Below are positions 43,317 through 55,207 of a stretch of 64,000 nt of DNA, piece after piece. The DNA is taken from contig CBFFRQ010000018.1 of the NCBI GenBank assembly GCA_965644315.1, positions 310,001-374,000 on the forward strand, written 5' to 3'. Within the stretch, counting starts at the first letter, position 1. Every line of letters begins with the position of its first letter. The stretch is from Caecitellus pseudoparvulus. Lineage: Eukaryota > Protista > Bigyra: Bicosoecida. A program made the position numbers and the translations under genes. The notes under the pieces were generated by a model that was not told the DNA's origin, did no database searches, and was given only the letters and a program-made list of their open reading frames with translations.

Positions 43317-46300
43317 ATGAACGCACACCATCCTTCACGTCGGATGCCCTCCAATGCCTTGTACCTGACCGCCCTTGCTTTGCTCACGGCGGCTTGCGCG
43401 GCAGAACCACTGTGGGCATCTGTGCACATGCCGCTGATGGATGGTGAGTGCTGGCAAGAAACGCCGCTGTCAGGCACTTTGCACTGGGCACCTTGGCCAC
43501 TACCGTGTCGCAGGCGTCACCCTGGAGAGCAAGTTTGCTGCATCCAGCCACGATGTGCGCCAGCTGGCCATTTCCACGACCTCCGCGACCCTCACGGCGG
43601 GAGCGTGGAGCCCGGTCGACGCAAGAGATGGTGCACGCCTGGAGTACCTGCACGCCCCCGCCAGCGCTGGAGGTCTTTCTCTCAGCCGCCTGCCTGCCGA
43701 CATCAACCGTGATGGGCATGGTGACGTCATCATTGGCGACCCAGTCGCTGGGGAAGTGTACATCTTCCTCGGCGGAGAGGTTGGCGGGCGCGGCCTGGCC
43801 ACTGGGAAAGCCAACTTCACCATTTCACACTCCGGCCTCACCGGCGTGGGTTTCGGAGCAGAGGTGCACGTGGCCTACTTCTCCACATTCGAAGTGCTGA
43901 GTAGCTCCCTGCCTGACGTCATCATCACGACCGAGACAGGGAACCAGGTCTGGGTCGTGCCTGGCCGGGCTCTGACCACCCCCGCCTTGGACCTCGCTTC
44001 TCCTGGCTCCCTCGCCCTCTCCTTCACCTACTCGTCCAACACGGTGGACTTGGCTCAAGCCAGTGACAAGGGGCTGGCATTCGCCGACGTGAACGGGGAT
44101 GGCCTGGCGGACATGGTCACGAATGGCGGCCTGTCAGGGGAAGTCCTTCTTGTCTTTGGGCGCCTATTCTACGCACGCACTGCAGTGGACTTGCAGGCCG
44201 AAAAGAGCAGCGGTGCTCTGGGCACCATTTCCCTGGCTGGGGCGGGAGCCACGGCCCAGCGCCCCGCCTCCATCACCACGGGCGACTTCAACGCAGATGG
44301 CTTCCCAGACATCGCCTTGGGCTTCCCGTACTCAACTGACTTACCAGGCCAGGCCGCGGGCACTGGCGCTGTCGTGGTGGTGTTCCACGCCTACCTGCCA
44401 GGGGCAGGGGAGACCTTTACAGTCATGAGCATCGCCTCGTCTGCTGCGACCTCCTTGGCAGTGCTCTCCGACGGCCCGGGGTTGATCCTCAGCATTCAAA
44501 ATTCCAACCGCCAATGTGGCAGCTCCCTCGCTGCGCTCCCGTCGCCCATGGGGGGCTCCTCCCTGGCCATCGCATGCCGCCTGAACACGCCCACTGTCTT
44601 CGTCTTCACCCTCACAAAGCTGGGCTCAGACGGCTCCGTGCTGCCAGCGGCGTCTGCCAGCCTGGCTTCGGACACCGACCCCGAGTGGCTGGAGCTTGCC
44701 GGGTTTGTTGGGTACTCCCTGCCCACATCGTACCACACAGGCGTCGCGGCGCTCACTGTTGCGCACGCGGGTGACTTTGATGTCGACGGCTTGCCTGACC
44801 TGTGGGTGGGCGCTCAGGGCGCTAGCGGCGCAGGCGCTGCATTCCTTCTTCTCGGTCGCACACCGGCCGAGACAGCTGAAGATACGTTCCAAGACACTGG
44901 TATTGTTACACTGATGGGATCTGGGAACGCGGGACTCGGCAGCAGCGTTGGAGTGGCGACCGGGTTCTATCCTGCGGCGTCCACGACGCTGGTCACATGT
45001 CCCAGCAGGGGAGACACGTGCTTCCTGTTGGAGGGAAAGCAAGTGAACATCCCAACCTCCGCTGTGCAGTGGGAAGGGGGCGTGAGCGTGGTGCCCGTGG
45101 ACACGGCTGGTGCCCCTGGCGCCCCCATCACCCTGGAGGTGTGGGATCCCAACTTCCGCTCGGTGTCGGAGATCCCCCAACTGAACCTTCGGGCTCTGGG
45201 CGGCGACACTGCGCTGAATGAGGGTGGTCGCCTGCGCTCCGCCCTCGTGGACGTCGTCACCTCCAGCACCTGGCTGGAGTATGGCCGCGCGAAGTTCCAG
45301 TTCACCGTCGCAGCCTTTCCCTTCCTGGATGTGGCGGCCGCCATCGGGCGTGACTCAGACCCGTTGAACGTGAATGTGGCGGTTTCCACCGTGGAGGGAG
45401 GCTTGGTGTCCACGCCCTTCTCCTCGTTCCGCATCGCAGCGGCGAGGCCCACCCCCACCGCGACGCCATCACCAAGCAACACCCCGGTGTCCACGCCCAC
45501 GTCCAGCGTCTCGCCTTCGCCCTCTCAGAGCGCGGCGCCGACGCCCAGCCGCTCACCCAGCACCTCTGCAAGTGAGACAGCTTCCCCTTCCTCGCTGCCC
45601 ACAACGTCTTCCTCTGCATCGGTGACCCCCTCCGCATCAGTGAGCCCAACCACTTCCTCCACTGTGTCCATGTCCCCAACAGCGACACAGACACCCACTG
45701 CGACACAGACACCGTCTGCTTCCCCCACTGCTGACGTGACCAGGACACCGGAGCCAACGTCCTCACCAACAGTCACGCCATCAGCAACTACCTCTCAGAC
45801 CGCCACAGCCTCTGCATCGGCGCCGCCGACGTTCAAGCCCAACACCACCCCCACTGCCACCCCCACACCCTCTAACCTGAGGAAGGCCCCCCGGCTGGAG
45901 GGTGCCGTTTTCCAACGCACTGGTGCCCGGTTTGACGTCACTTTCCGGGATGCCACAGACCGAGCACAGCGCACAGGCGCCTTCGACTGCCTGCAGCTGC
46001 TCACGGTCAGCAGCCTTGGCTCTGGCGCCCCCGCCTCCTTGGACCTGGCCAGCTCTGCCGTGCAAGACCAAGCTGCGGCTGCGGGGCTCTCCACAGGAGC
46101 CTACGTTTTGCAGCAAATGCTGGGGCAAGGCGCTAGCTGCGCTTGGGCATCACCTTCAAAGCTCACCGTGTCTTTTGGCTTTGGCGCCTCACTGCCAGTT
46201 GGCCAGCCACTGGACATCCGGCCTGGCCGCATTCTCAGGGCGGGTGGGTACTCCCGCGCAGCATCTGGGACGGTCACCGTGGCTGCTCCAGCTGATGCCG

Positions 46301-49300
46301 TGAGCCCTGCGCCAGCGCTCAGTTTCCCCCAAACACTCGGGCAGTGCGACGACCTGGCCCTGGACGCTTCCCTGTCCACAGGTGGTGCAGGTCGAGGCCT
46401 GACCTTCACCTGGTCCCTCGCCTCGACCACCGCAAGCGCAGGGCCTGACTTGGATGACTTGAACTCCGCACTGGCGGATGCTACTGCGTCCAGCGCAGAG
46501 CGGCTGGTCGTACCGCGGAACCTGCTCCAATCCGGCGCCGTGTACACTTTCGACGTGTCTGTGGAGAACTTCTTCGGGCGCTCCTCGTCACTGGCGGGGC
46601 AGGGCCAGCTTGCGACCGTGGAGGTATTCAGTGCCGCCCTGCCGACCGTTGACATTGCCGGAGGCCTGTTCAAGACAACGGTGAGGTCCAAGGCGCTGAC
46701 TCTTCAGGCAAGCGGCTTTGCACCAGCTTGCGACCCCACCAACGTGGTCCCCTTGACGTACACGTGGAGTCAGCTCTCGGGTCCGTCCACAGTGCAGCTG
46801 AGCAGCCTGCCCGACCCACGTGCTGTGCGCATCCCAGCCGGGCAAATGTCGGGAGTGAGTGGCTCCCCCTTCGTCTTTCAAGTGGCGGTCACCGTCACGG
46901 GGAGCGACCCGCCTGTCACTAGCACTGCGTCCGTGTCGGTGGCCATCCAGCCTGCAGACCTGGTGGCCTTTGTCAGCGGAGGGGACCGCACCGTGGGCAT
47001 CACACGCCCCCTCACCGTCTCCGCTGCGGACAGCTTCGACCCTGATGTCCAGCCCAACGACAGCGGGGACACTGGCATCCCAGCGGGCGCCTCCCAAGCG
47101 TACACGTTCACGTGGACATGCTCGGCCTCTGGGCAAAGCTGCTCCGACCTGCTCTCAACCGCCACCTTCACGGACGACGGCGCCACCTTCACTGTCTCGG
47201 CTGAATCCTTGACGGCCTACCGCGCGTCAAACGTCGAATTCGAAGTGTCTGTGACCTCCACAGTGTCGCTGGGAGGCTCACCCACCAGCACAAAGCAAGC
47301 CTCTGCAGGGGCAACCATCACCGTGCTGGACGCGGCTCTGCCAGAAGTGGGTGTGGAGGCACCCGCCGACGCTGGCGTCGTCAGCACTGCGCTGGGGGTC
47401 GCCTTCAAGGTTGACACGACCAAGCGCCAGATCATGACAGGCAGTGCTACATTCAGCGCTGAAGGCACAGAGCAGGCGCCTGTGCTTGTGTATGAGTGGA
47501 GCCTGTTAGAGGGAGACCTGGACATGAGCCGCCCTGAGCTGAACTTCGGCACCCCCCTGAACCAGCCGACAGTGTCAGTTCGGCAGGGGGTCTTGACGCC
47601 GGGCTCTGTGTACACCTTCCAGCTGTCAGCGTGGCCGCAAGGCAACACCCTGCTTGTGGGCACGTCTACAGTGACCCTGCTCGCCAACCGCCCGCCGTCC
47701 TCGGGCACGCTTGAGGTGTCCCCCAGCTCCGGCGTGGCGCTGCAGGACCAGTTCACTCTCCGAGCAATCAGGTGGGTGGACGACCCTGAGGATCAGCCTT
47801 TCACGTACGAGTTCTGGGTGGACGAAGCTGGCGCAGAGCCATCGCCAGCGCAGCTGACTGCACAAAGCATTGGCTCACCGCTTGCAACTGGCTCCGAACA
47901 GAACACCCTCCGAGTCACGCTGCCCCAGGGCGGCGCCCCAGACTACCTGGTCACCCTCATCGTGTATGTGAAGGATGCGCTGGGCACCACGGCGACCAAG
48001 TGGACGCAGGTCCGCAGCAACCCTCCCGTGGCAGATGACGCCAGCGACGAAGAGGTGACCTCCTTCGTCTCAGGCAAGGCATCTGCCGCTGACAGGGCTC
48101 TCGCAGAGGGCAACGGCGCCGGCGCCATCTCCACAGTCTCTGCCTTGGGGTCCCTGCTGAATGATGATGCGAGGCGCCGCCGCCGGCGGCTGGTGGAAGC
48201 AGGCACCTCGGATACGGGCGCCCCCTCAAAATACGACGCTGTCGTTGCCGCGACGCTGGGAGTGCCGGAGCATGTTCTAACTGCATCAGGGCACGCCCGG
48301 CGCCTGTCCGACGACCGGGCGGCCCTGCGTGAGTCGTTCCTGTCCACGCTAGACTCAGCTCTGGATGCGCTGGTACTGGATGAGGCCAGCACCGCTGGTG
48401 CGTTGGCTGCTATGAACGAGCTCACTGGCGAAGCATCTGAAGTGAGCGACGGTATGGTGCAGTCTGCTCTTGTGACTGCAGGACGTCTGCTGGGGCAGGA
48501 TCTCGGCGCTTCGTCAGCCACTCGCCGCAATCTGCAGTCTGCGTCAAGCATTCAGGCGCTGTCCCCTTCCAGTGGTCAGGGCACTGCGCAGCTGATCGTG
48601 AATTTGATGTCTGCGAAGGAGGAGTCTGAGGCAGGGGCGGTGCGGCGTAGCAGGGCACGTGCACTGGCATTCCTCACGGCGCAGGGCACAGGTGACGGCG
48701 ACCTAGCTGCGCAGATGGTGGAAGTGGACGCTGCGCTGCGCCGTGCCCGTAGGCTGCAGCAGTGCGGCCCTGGGGGCTCTGTGACGGAGTTCGGAGAGCA
48801 GGTGCAGGGTGCGCTGCGAGCGGTGCACAACAGTGTCACAGCAGCTGCTATTCCGAACGAAGATGCCGTGGTCATCTCTGCCTCCTCCGGGGCTTCTTCT
48901 TCCCCATGCAGCCCCACCCAAGGTGTGGATTTAACTTCACAGCTGCTTGCTTGCGAGGCCAACTCTACGACCGGCATCCAGCAGACTATGTCGGGGCCTG
49001 GGGCGGGAGTGGATGCCGACGCGAGGTCCCAGTGTGGCTTGGGAGACTTGTTCGGGGCTGCAGGAGGGGCGGTAGGCGATGGCCCATCCCTCCCAGCGTT
49101 CACCTTCTCGGCAGCTGCTCTTCCAGACAGCTGTGCATCTGGCAGTGTTGCCCTGGCCATGGCCGAGTACGAAGTGTCCCCCTTCTGTGCCGACTTCGCC
49201 GGTGAGAGCCAGGCTCGCAGGGTCCAAGAGCTGGGCGTGAACGCCTCAGACCTCACTGCCGCCCTGAGCAGCCTCGCTTCTCAGACACTGTCCGTGACTT

Positions 49301-52300
49301 TGACACGGGATGGCAGCGAAGTGCCCATGAATCAGACTGCCGAGCCTCTCCTCCTGACCTTGCCTCTGTCGTCGGATCCAGGGGTGGCAGGGCTGCCCCT
49401 GGTGCTGCCGACAGCCGACTCCGGGCGAAGGCTTCAGTACAGTGACTTGCTCAGTGAGGCGTCAGCTGAAGTTGCCGTGCGCTTGCACGCGCCGCGGCTG
49501 AGTGCGCGGCAAGAAGCCCTTGTTCGAGCCTTGCAGGGTCGCACTGGCAACTTGTGGAGTGCCACAGGGGCGCACTCTGGACGGCGTGCATTGACAGTGG
49601 AGGAAGCCGACCTGTCCACTGCGAACTTGACGCGTGTTGTGCAATGTCCTGACAATGCCAGCGCTGCGTGGTGGGCTGGAGGTGAGCAGGACCCGGGCTG
49701 GGTGGACCCGTACGCGAACGGCAATGCGACCGTGGCGGTGTCGTGCACACAGCTATGGGACTCGCAGCCAGTCCTGCATTTGGTCCCTTGCAGCGAAGAC
49801 CAGGCAAGGGGCTTCATTGAGTATACCTGCCCTGTGCAGGCGTTCACTGCCGGCTGTGTATTCTTCGACGAGGCGGCCGGCCAATGGAGCGGCGAGGGGT
49901 GTGTCCTGGCCAGCCTGACCAACTCCCACATGACCTGCGCATGCGATCACTTGACGGCCTTTGCGGCCCGCTTCCGACAGCTGGGCGCGTCACAGAAGCG
50001 CACGTTCACCGCAGGGCCGAGCCGCTTCCGCGACATCGCAGACGACCTTGGCGGCGCGAAGAACCTGAACGATGTCGCTGCTGCGCTGACCCGCAACGAG
50101 CCACACGTGCTCATCCTGGTTGGCGCCTTGGCCTTGGCGTACGTCACCTTCCTGTTCATTTCCAACGCCCTGGATGCCAAGCAAGAGCGCATCTTCATTC
50201 GGCGCCTGGCAAGGGACGAGGAGGTCATGTTCATGAAGCACATCTCCAGCATGGCTGGGCAGCGCTGGAAGCTCGTGCAGCACCTCACGGACGACGAAGA
50301 GGAAGCCCTTGTGAGGGAGGCGCTGGGGACGTCTCAAGAGGACGAGGCTGCGGAGGTTACAAGGGCCATGGAGCTCCGGCGAGCCTGCCCTTGTGGCCTG
50401 GCGGCGTGCTGCCCTTCGTTCGTGCTGCAGGCCCTGGACAGCTGCTGCCTGCGCCCCGCACAAAGCATGGGTGTGGACAAGGATCCCAAGGGCCCGGATA
50501 CCGACGAGGATGACTGGGTCACGGCGAAGATCGACGGTGGTGTATCCTCCGTCCCGGCCTTTGCTCGGCGCATGAACAGCGTGTACCGAGGCGTGTCCTC
50601 GAGCGGAGTGAAACTTGCCGGTGCGACGCTGGACAGCCACATGGGCCTGCACCCGTCCCTGTCGCCTGTGAAGGACTCCCTGGAGGCGCGGCGCAGGGCG
50701 CTGGACGAAGATGCGCGGCATGCCTCCGACTCCTTCAACGTCTTCGTGCGCTGCTGGCAGATGCGGGGCCTGATCGTGAGGGCCATCCTGCTGCGCCTCG
50801 CCTTCCAGCACAGGTACTGGTCCGTCTTTTCTCGGTTCGACGCGAAACTGAGCCGAGCCAAGCGCCTCACCATTCTCTTCGTGGCTGTACTGGCAGCCAT
50901 GTGTGCCTCCGCTGCGCTCTTTGAGACCAACGGCATCGTGGATGGCCAGAAGATCACGTTCGGTGAGGTGCTGGTGTTCGCCTTCATTTCGGCGTGGGTG
51001 CAGATCCCCCTCGCTTTGGTGACGGCGCTTGCCTTGGACTGGGCAGCCGAGGCTGAGTTCGCCAACGCCTACACCGACCTGTCCAGGGAGATCCTGCGCC
51101 GGCAGCAGGTGGAAGATGACCACCGCAGCAACGCCCGCGTGTCCCCTCCGAAGAAAAGGGAGCTTCTCGAAGACCTGGACAGTGCGCTGCGGTCAGCCCC
51201 GCCCGGCGACGGCCCTTCAGCACGTGCCAGTGCTTCGCCGGGCATGCATGAGACATTCTTCGCGCTGGGGGATCGCATGGAATCTCAAGAGGAGGAAGAG
51301 GACGGCATCAGTGTGCCGAAGGTTGTTCTGCAGACACACTGGCGGTGGGAGGTGGACATGTGTCGCAGCGTGCGAACATCGTGTGCGCTGCACCAGTGCT
51401 GCGACGAACGCAAGTCCGATTTCCGTGTGCCTGAGCACCCCAACGACAGCGACATGGACACTGACGACGAGCTGCAGTACGGCTGGCACGATGCGCCGCT
51501 GTGCTGCCTGCAGAGCTTCCCTTGGCTCGTGAAAGCTTGCGGAAGGCACCCGTCGCAGCGAGCGATGTGGCTGCGTATGGCCCGCGAGGCGGACTTTGAG
51601 CCGTGGGGCTGCTGCTGGGTGGGCCACGTGCGGGAGCCCCCCCCTCCGGCAGAGTCCGCTGCTTCCCTGTGGACGAAGGAGGATCCCATGTATGCACTGG
51701 CTTCCGGCGGCTCGCGCATCCCGACACAGGTGCCTTCCCTGTCGCCCTCCATGATGGCGTCTGCGGAGCGCTTGGAGGCACGCCTGGAGGCTCGCAAGGA
51801 ACGCAAGGCGAAGGAGAGCAAGGCAGAGGCAGCTGTGGACGACCACGACGCCGCTGACTCCTTCACGTCCCCAGCCATGCTGTTCTTCATCTTCCTGCAG
51901 TACCTGAACGTCCGGTGCTGGTGCAGGCGCCGTGCCATTCTGGGCAAGGCGCGCCCCGCCACGGAGGATGAGATGAGTGCCACCCGGGCCAAGATCATCG
52001 CCCGCATTCACCACCTGCACGCGTCTGGGGAGGAGGGCGCGTCATCGTCAGCTTGTTGCGGTGTAGAGCGCCCCCCTGCAGGGGAGCCCAGGTGGTGCTT
52101 GCCTTGCTTGGATGCTATCTGCTGCTCACCCTGCACCCGATGCTGCCTGTGCATGGGCTGCTGTGTGACCCGCGGGGGGGCTCGAACCACGATGTCCTCG
52201 CTCGGCGGCTGGGAAAGCTCCATCGCATGGGCGCTGGCCTGGTCCATGATGGCCGCCATGCTGACGTTCGTGCTGCTGTTCGGTCTGGCTAGGGGGCAAG

Positions 52301-54213
52301 ATGTGTTGTGGGCCTTCCTCGGCGCTTTCGGTATGTCGCAGGGGCTTGCCTTTGGCCTGGTGCAGCCCATCGTCATCACGTCCGGCGTCATGTGGAGCTT
52401 GGTCCTGGCCCCCATCATCATGCACTTCTTCTCATGGGTGCCAGGGGTGGGCAACGCTGTCGCGCCCAAGGGTGGGCGCCGCGGCCCAGAAACGTCGTCC
52501 CTGTCAGGCCGCATTGAGAGTGTGTCGCTCGTGCAGGCAGCGGGAGCCGCTTCGGGTCTGCAACCCGGCGCAGCGTTGCTGGCCTACAGCGTCGCAAGTG
52601 CAGTTGGCTCTGTGCTGTTCGGTGCAGCTACGGCCCACCGCCGTCGACAAGAAGCGCGTGCCATGCTCATCGCTGAGCGCGAGCAGGCAGACGCCGAGCT
52701 GCGCATGATGGACGGCTCACAGCCGCTCGGTGCGGCGCAGCAGTCCACGGAGGACGTGTCCCCTGCTAAGTTTGCCATGATGGTGCTGCAAGGCAAGGCG
52801 CCGCCCCCTCACACAACGACGGAAATGCGGCGGCAGCTGTTCTTGATTTCTGCGTACCTCCAGCGCCGGTACCCTGGCAGCGTTTTGCAGGGTATCGCCG
52901 ATCGCTTCGCTGCAGCATTGGAGCAGCCCAGCGACGCCGGCAAAGCGCACGTGTACTTCAAGGGCACTTCTGGGCTGCAGGTGGACGTTGGCTCTCCGTC
53001 TGATGAGGAGGTGCCTCAAACCCCGCGATCTGGTGCAGGCGGTGACGCGGTGCTTCCAGCTGGACCGTTGGCATCCCCTGCGAGCTCACCAGCCCACTTG
53101 CGTGCAGAAGAGCGCCGTGTTGAAGAGGAAGAGGCCAGGCAGAGCATGGCAAGCATCATCGCCGCTGCCAAACGGGAGGCTGCCGAAAAGGCAGCTGCGG
53201 AGAAGGCTGAGGCTGACCGCATCGCCGCTGAGAAGGCCGAGGCCGAGCGCATCGCAGCGGAGAAGGCTGAGGCCGAGCGCATCGCCGCTGAGAAGGCTGA
53301 GGCCGAGCGCATCGCAGCAGAGAAGGCTGAGGCCGAGCGCATCGCAGCAGAGAAGGCCGAGGCCGAGCGCATCGCCGCGGAGAAGGCTGAGGCCGAGCGC
53401 ATCGCTGCTGAGAAAGCCGAGGCTGAGCGCATCGCAGCAGAGAAGGCTGAGGCTGAGCGCATCGCAGCAGAGAAGGCCGAGGCCGAGCGCATCGCAGCGG
53501 AGAAGGCTGAGGCTGACCGCATCGCCGCTGAGAAGGCCGAGGCCGAGCGCATCGCAGCAGAGAAGGCTGAGGCTGACCGCATCGCCGCTGAGAAGGCTGA
53601 GGCCGAGCGCATCGCAGCAGAGAAGGCTGAGGCTGACCGCATCGCAGCTGAGAAGGCTGAGGCCGAGCGCATCGCAGCAGAGAAGGCTGAGGCCGAGCGC
53701 ATCGCAGCAGAGAAGGCTGAGGCCGAGCGCATCGCAGCAGAGAAGGCTGAGGCCGAGCGCATCGCAGCAGAGAAGGCTGAGGCCGAGCGCATCGCAGCAG
53801 AGAAGGCCGAGGCCGAGCACATCGCAGCAGAGAAGGCTGAGGCCGAGCGCATCGCAGCAGAGAAGGCTGAGGCCGAGCGCATCGCAGCTGAGAAGGCTGA
53901 GGCCGAGCGCATCGCAGCAGAGAAGGCCGAAGCGAGACGACATGAAGCCGCGAACGTGATCCAGCGGTCCTACATGATATGGGCGGAGCAGAAGCAGCTT
54001 GCTAAAGATGCGTCAGCATTTGCGGCCGCCAGTGCAGAAGGGACGGCGGATTCTTCTGAGCCGTCAGGTGAGGGTGAGGGTGCCGCGGCCCCGGAAGCCG
54101 AGCCAGCAAAGGCGGAGCCCCGTGTGAAGAAGAGGGGCAAGAATCGGTGGAGGCGCAACCGGATGGCGAACATGGTGGAGGCTGCCGTGAAGGCTAGCAA
54201 GGGCCAGAAGTAG
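43317..54213 (+). CDS. Giant surface receptor: FG-GAP propeller, S/T/P stalk, PKD/REJ, GAIN/GPS, ~5 TM, helical repeat, IQ-like motif
   Basis: Signal-peptide exon (LYLTALALLTAACAA) and intron 43444-43513. FG-GAP calcium loops DINRDGHGD, DVNGDGLAD, DFNADGFPD, DFDVDGLPD. REJ motif NRPPSSGTLEVSPSSG..WVDD..FTYEF. GPS motif C..WSGEGC..CACDHLTAFA. PKD1-like HRYWSVF..SRAKRLTILF. Confidence 0.9.
45448..45875 (+). repeat. Mucin-like Ser/Thr/Pro low-complexity coding region
   Basis: PTPTATPSPSNTPVSTPTSSVSPSPS...TPTATQTPSASPT, about 140 aa. Confidence 0.85.
53191..53933 (+). repeat. 30-bp coding minisatellite, ~25 copies (AEKAEAERIA)
   Basis: Units of atcgcagcagagaaggctgaggccgagcgc with mostly synonymous variants, two per 60-nt line from 53221 to about 53933, plus one preceding unit. 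Confidence 0.97.
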
Positions 54214-54562
54214 CTGGTTCGTGTTTGTGGGATGTCCTCATGGGACTTGCAGTTCTATCTTTACTTTGCAATGAACGTCGACACGTAGAAGGCCAGCACA
54301 CGCCAGAGATCATGCTGGGCTCCGCACGCGGAGCAAATCGCGCTGCGTGCAATGGCCTCGCAGAGCTCAAATCAGGTATCTTGTGGGGTGTCCAGGAAGC
54401 TACTTCCGCACCTCTGTTGCTGAGATACCGGGCACCCCCTAGTAAGGGGGGTGTGAACCGCATTTGTGGACCCCCCCTCCCGCCACCCTGCGCCCGCTCT
54501 GGCTGGCAAGGTCATGAAGCAGCAGCAGCCCAAGCGGTACCAGGCGCTGGAGTTCCTACTGA

Positions 54563-55144
54563 GTGTGGGGAGGGGCAGACCCATCAGAGGTGTTCGCTTC
54601 CACGACACAGGCTGCTAAACGTTCTCAAATCGCGGACTGCCTGGCGCTGGACGCCTCAGCCGCCCCGCCTTCCCAGCTGCTCAGCCCAGTGAGCCAGGCA
54701 CTGAAGTGGCAGCAGCACGTGGGAATGCTGCCGCCTGGTGGCCGTTTCGACGTCTTTTGAGGCGTCACGCTGCGCCTGGGCCAGTTGGTGGACAAACCTG
54801 CTGTGGCAACCGTTGGCAAGCTGCGCCTCGGCAGCGCCCACACTCTTGCCGTGGCCTTCACGCCAGATGGCAGCTGCCTGGTAGCAGGGAACAATGGGGG
54901 CACTGAGGAGGTGTAGGATGCCCTGACGCGCAAGTTGGGCACCCGCCTGCCGAGCCATTTGGCAGGGGAGGGCGACGCGCCTGCCAGGTGCTTCCATTGC
55001 GTCACTCCTAGCCACACCGTGTTGGTTGGCAGCCTTGACTGCCGCATGCAAAAGCCACTTCCACTCACGTATCAAATGCAAATCTCATACTGCTCTTGCC
55101 AAACGGCGCAGTGCAGACTCGCCAGCGCCGCCTGTCCAGCCTAG
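54563..55144 (+). pseudogene. Degenerate WD40-repeat fragment with in-frame stops
   Basis: One frame reads DVF*GVTL..LAVAFTPDGSCLVAGNNGGTEEV*DALTRKL..SH..PARCF..VLVGSLD. The TAG at 54914-54916 sits at the W of a WD dipeptide, and there is a TGA at 54758-54760. Confidence 0.55.
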
Positions 55145-55207
55145 GCACTGTGCCAGCCTCGCATTTCTGCTGCTGCGGAAATTGGACTGGCAACGCAGCC
55201 TCTTGGA

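Noticed and set aside
53191-53933. CRISPR-like regular array
   Set aside because: There are no unique spacers and no cas genes. It is an in-frame coding minisatellite.
53016-53943. Antisense and alternative-frame repeat ORFs (MRSASAFSAA, CDALGLSLL)
   Set aside because: These are shadow frames of the AEKAEAERIA repeat. Variation is synonymous in the + strand frame.
54758-54916. Stop-codon reassignment (TGA/TAG read as Trp)
   Set aside because: All three stop codons terminate conserved genes elsewhere in the window and Trp is encoded by TGG, so pseudogenisation is the simpler explanation.
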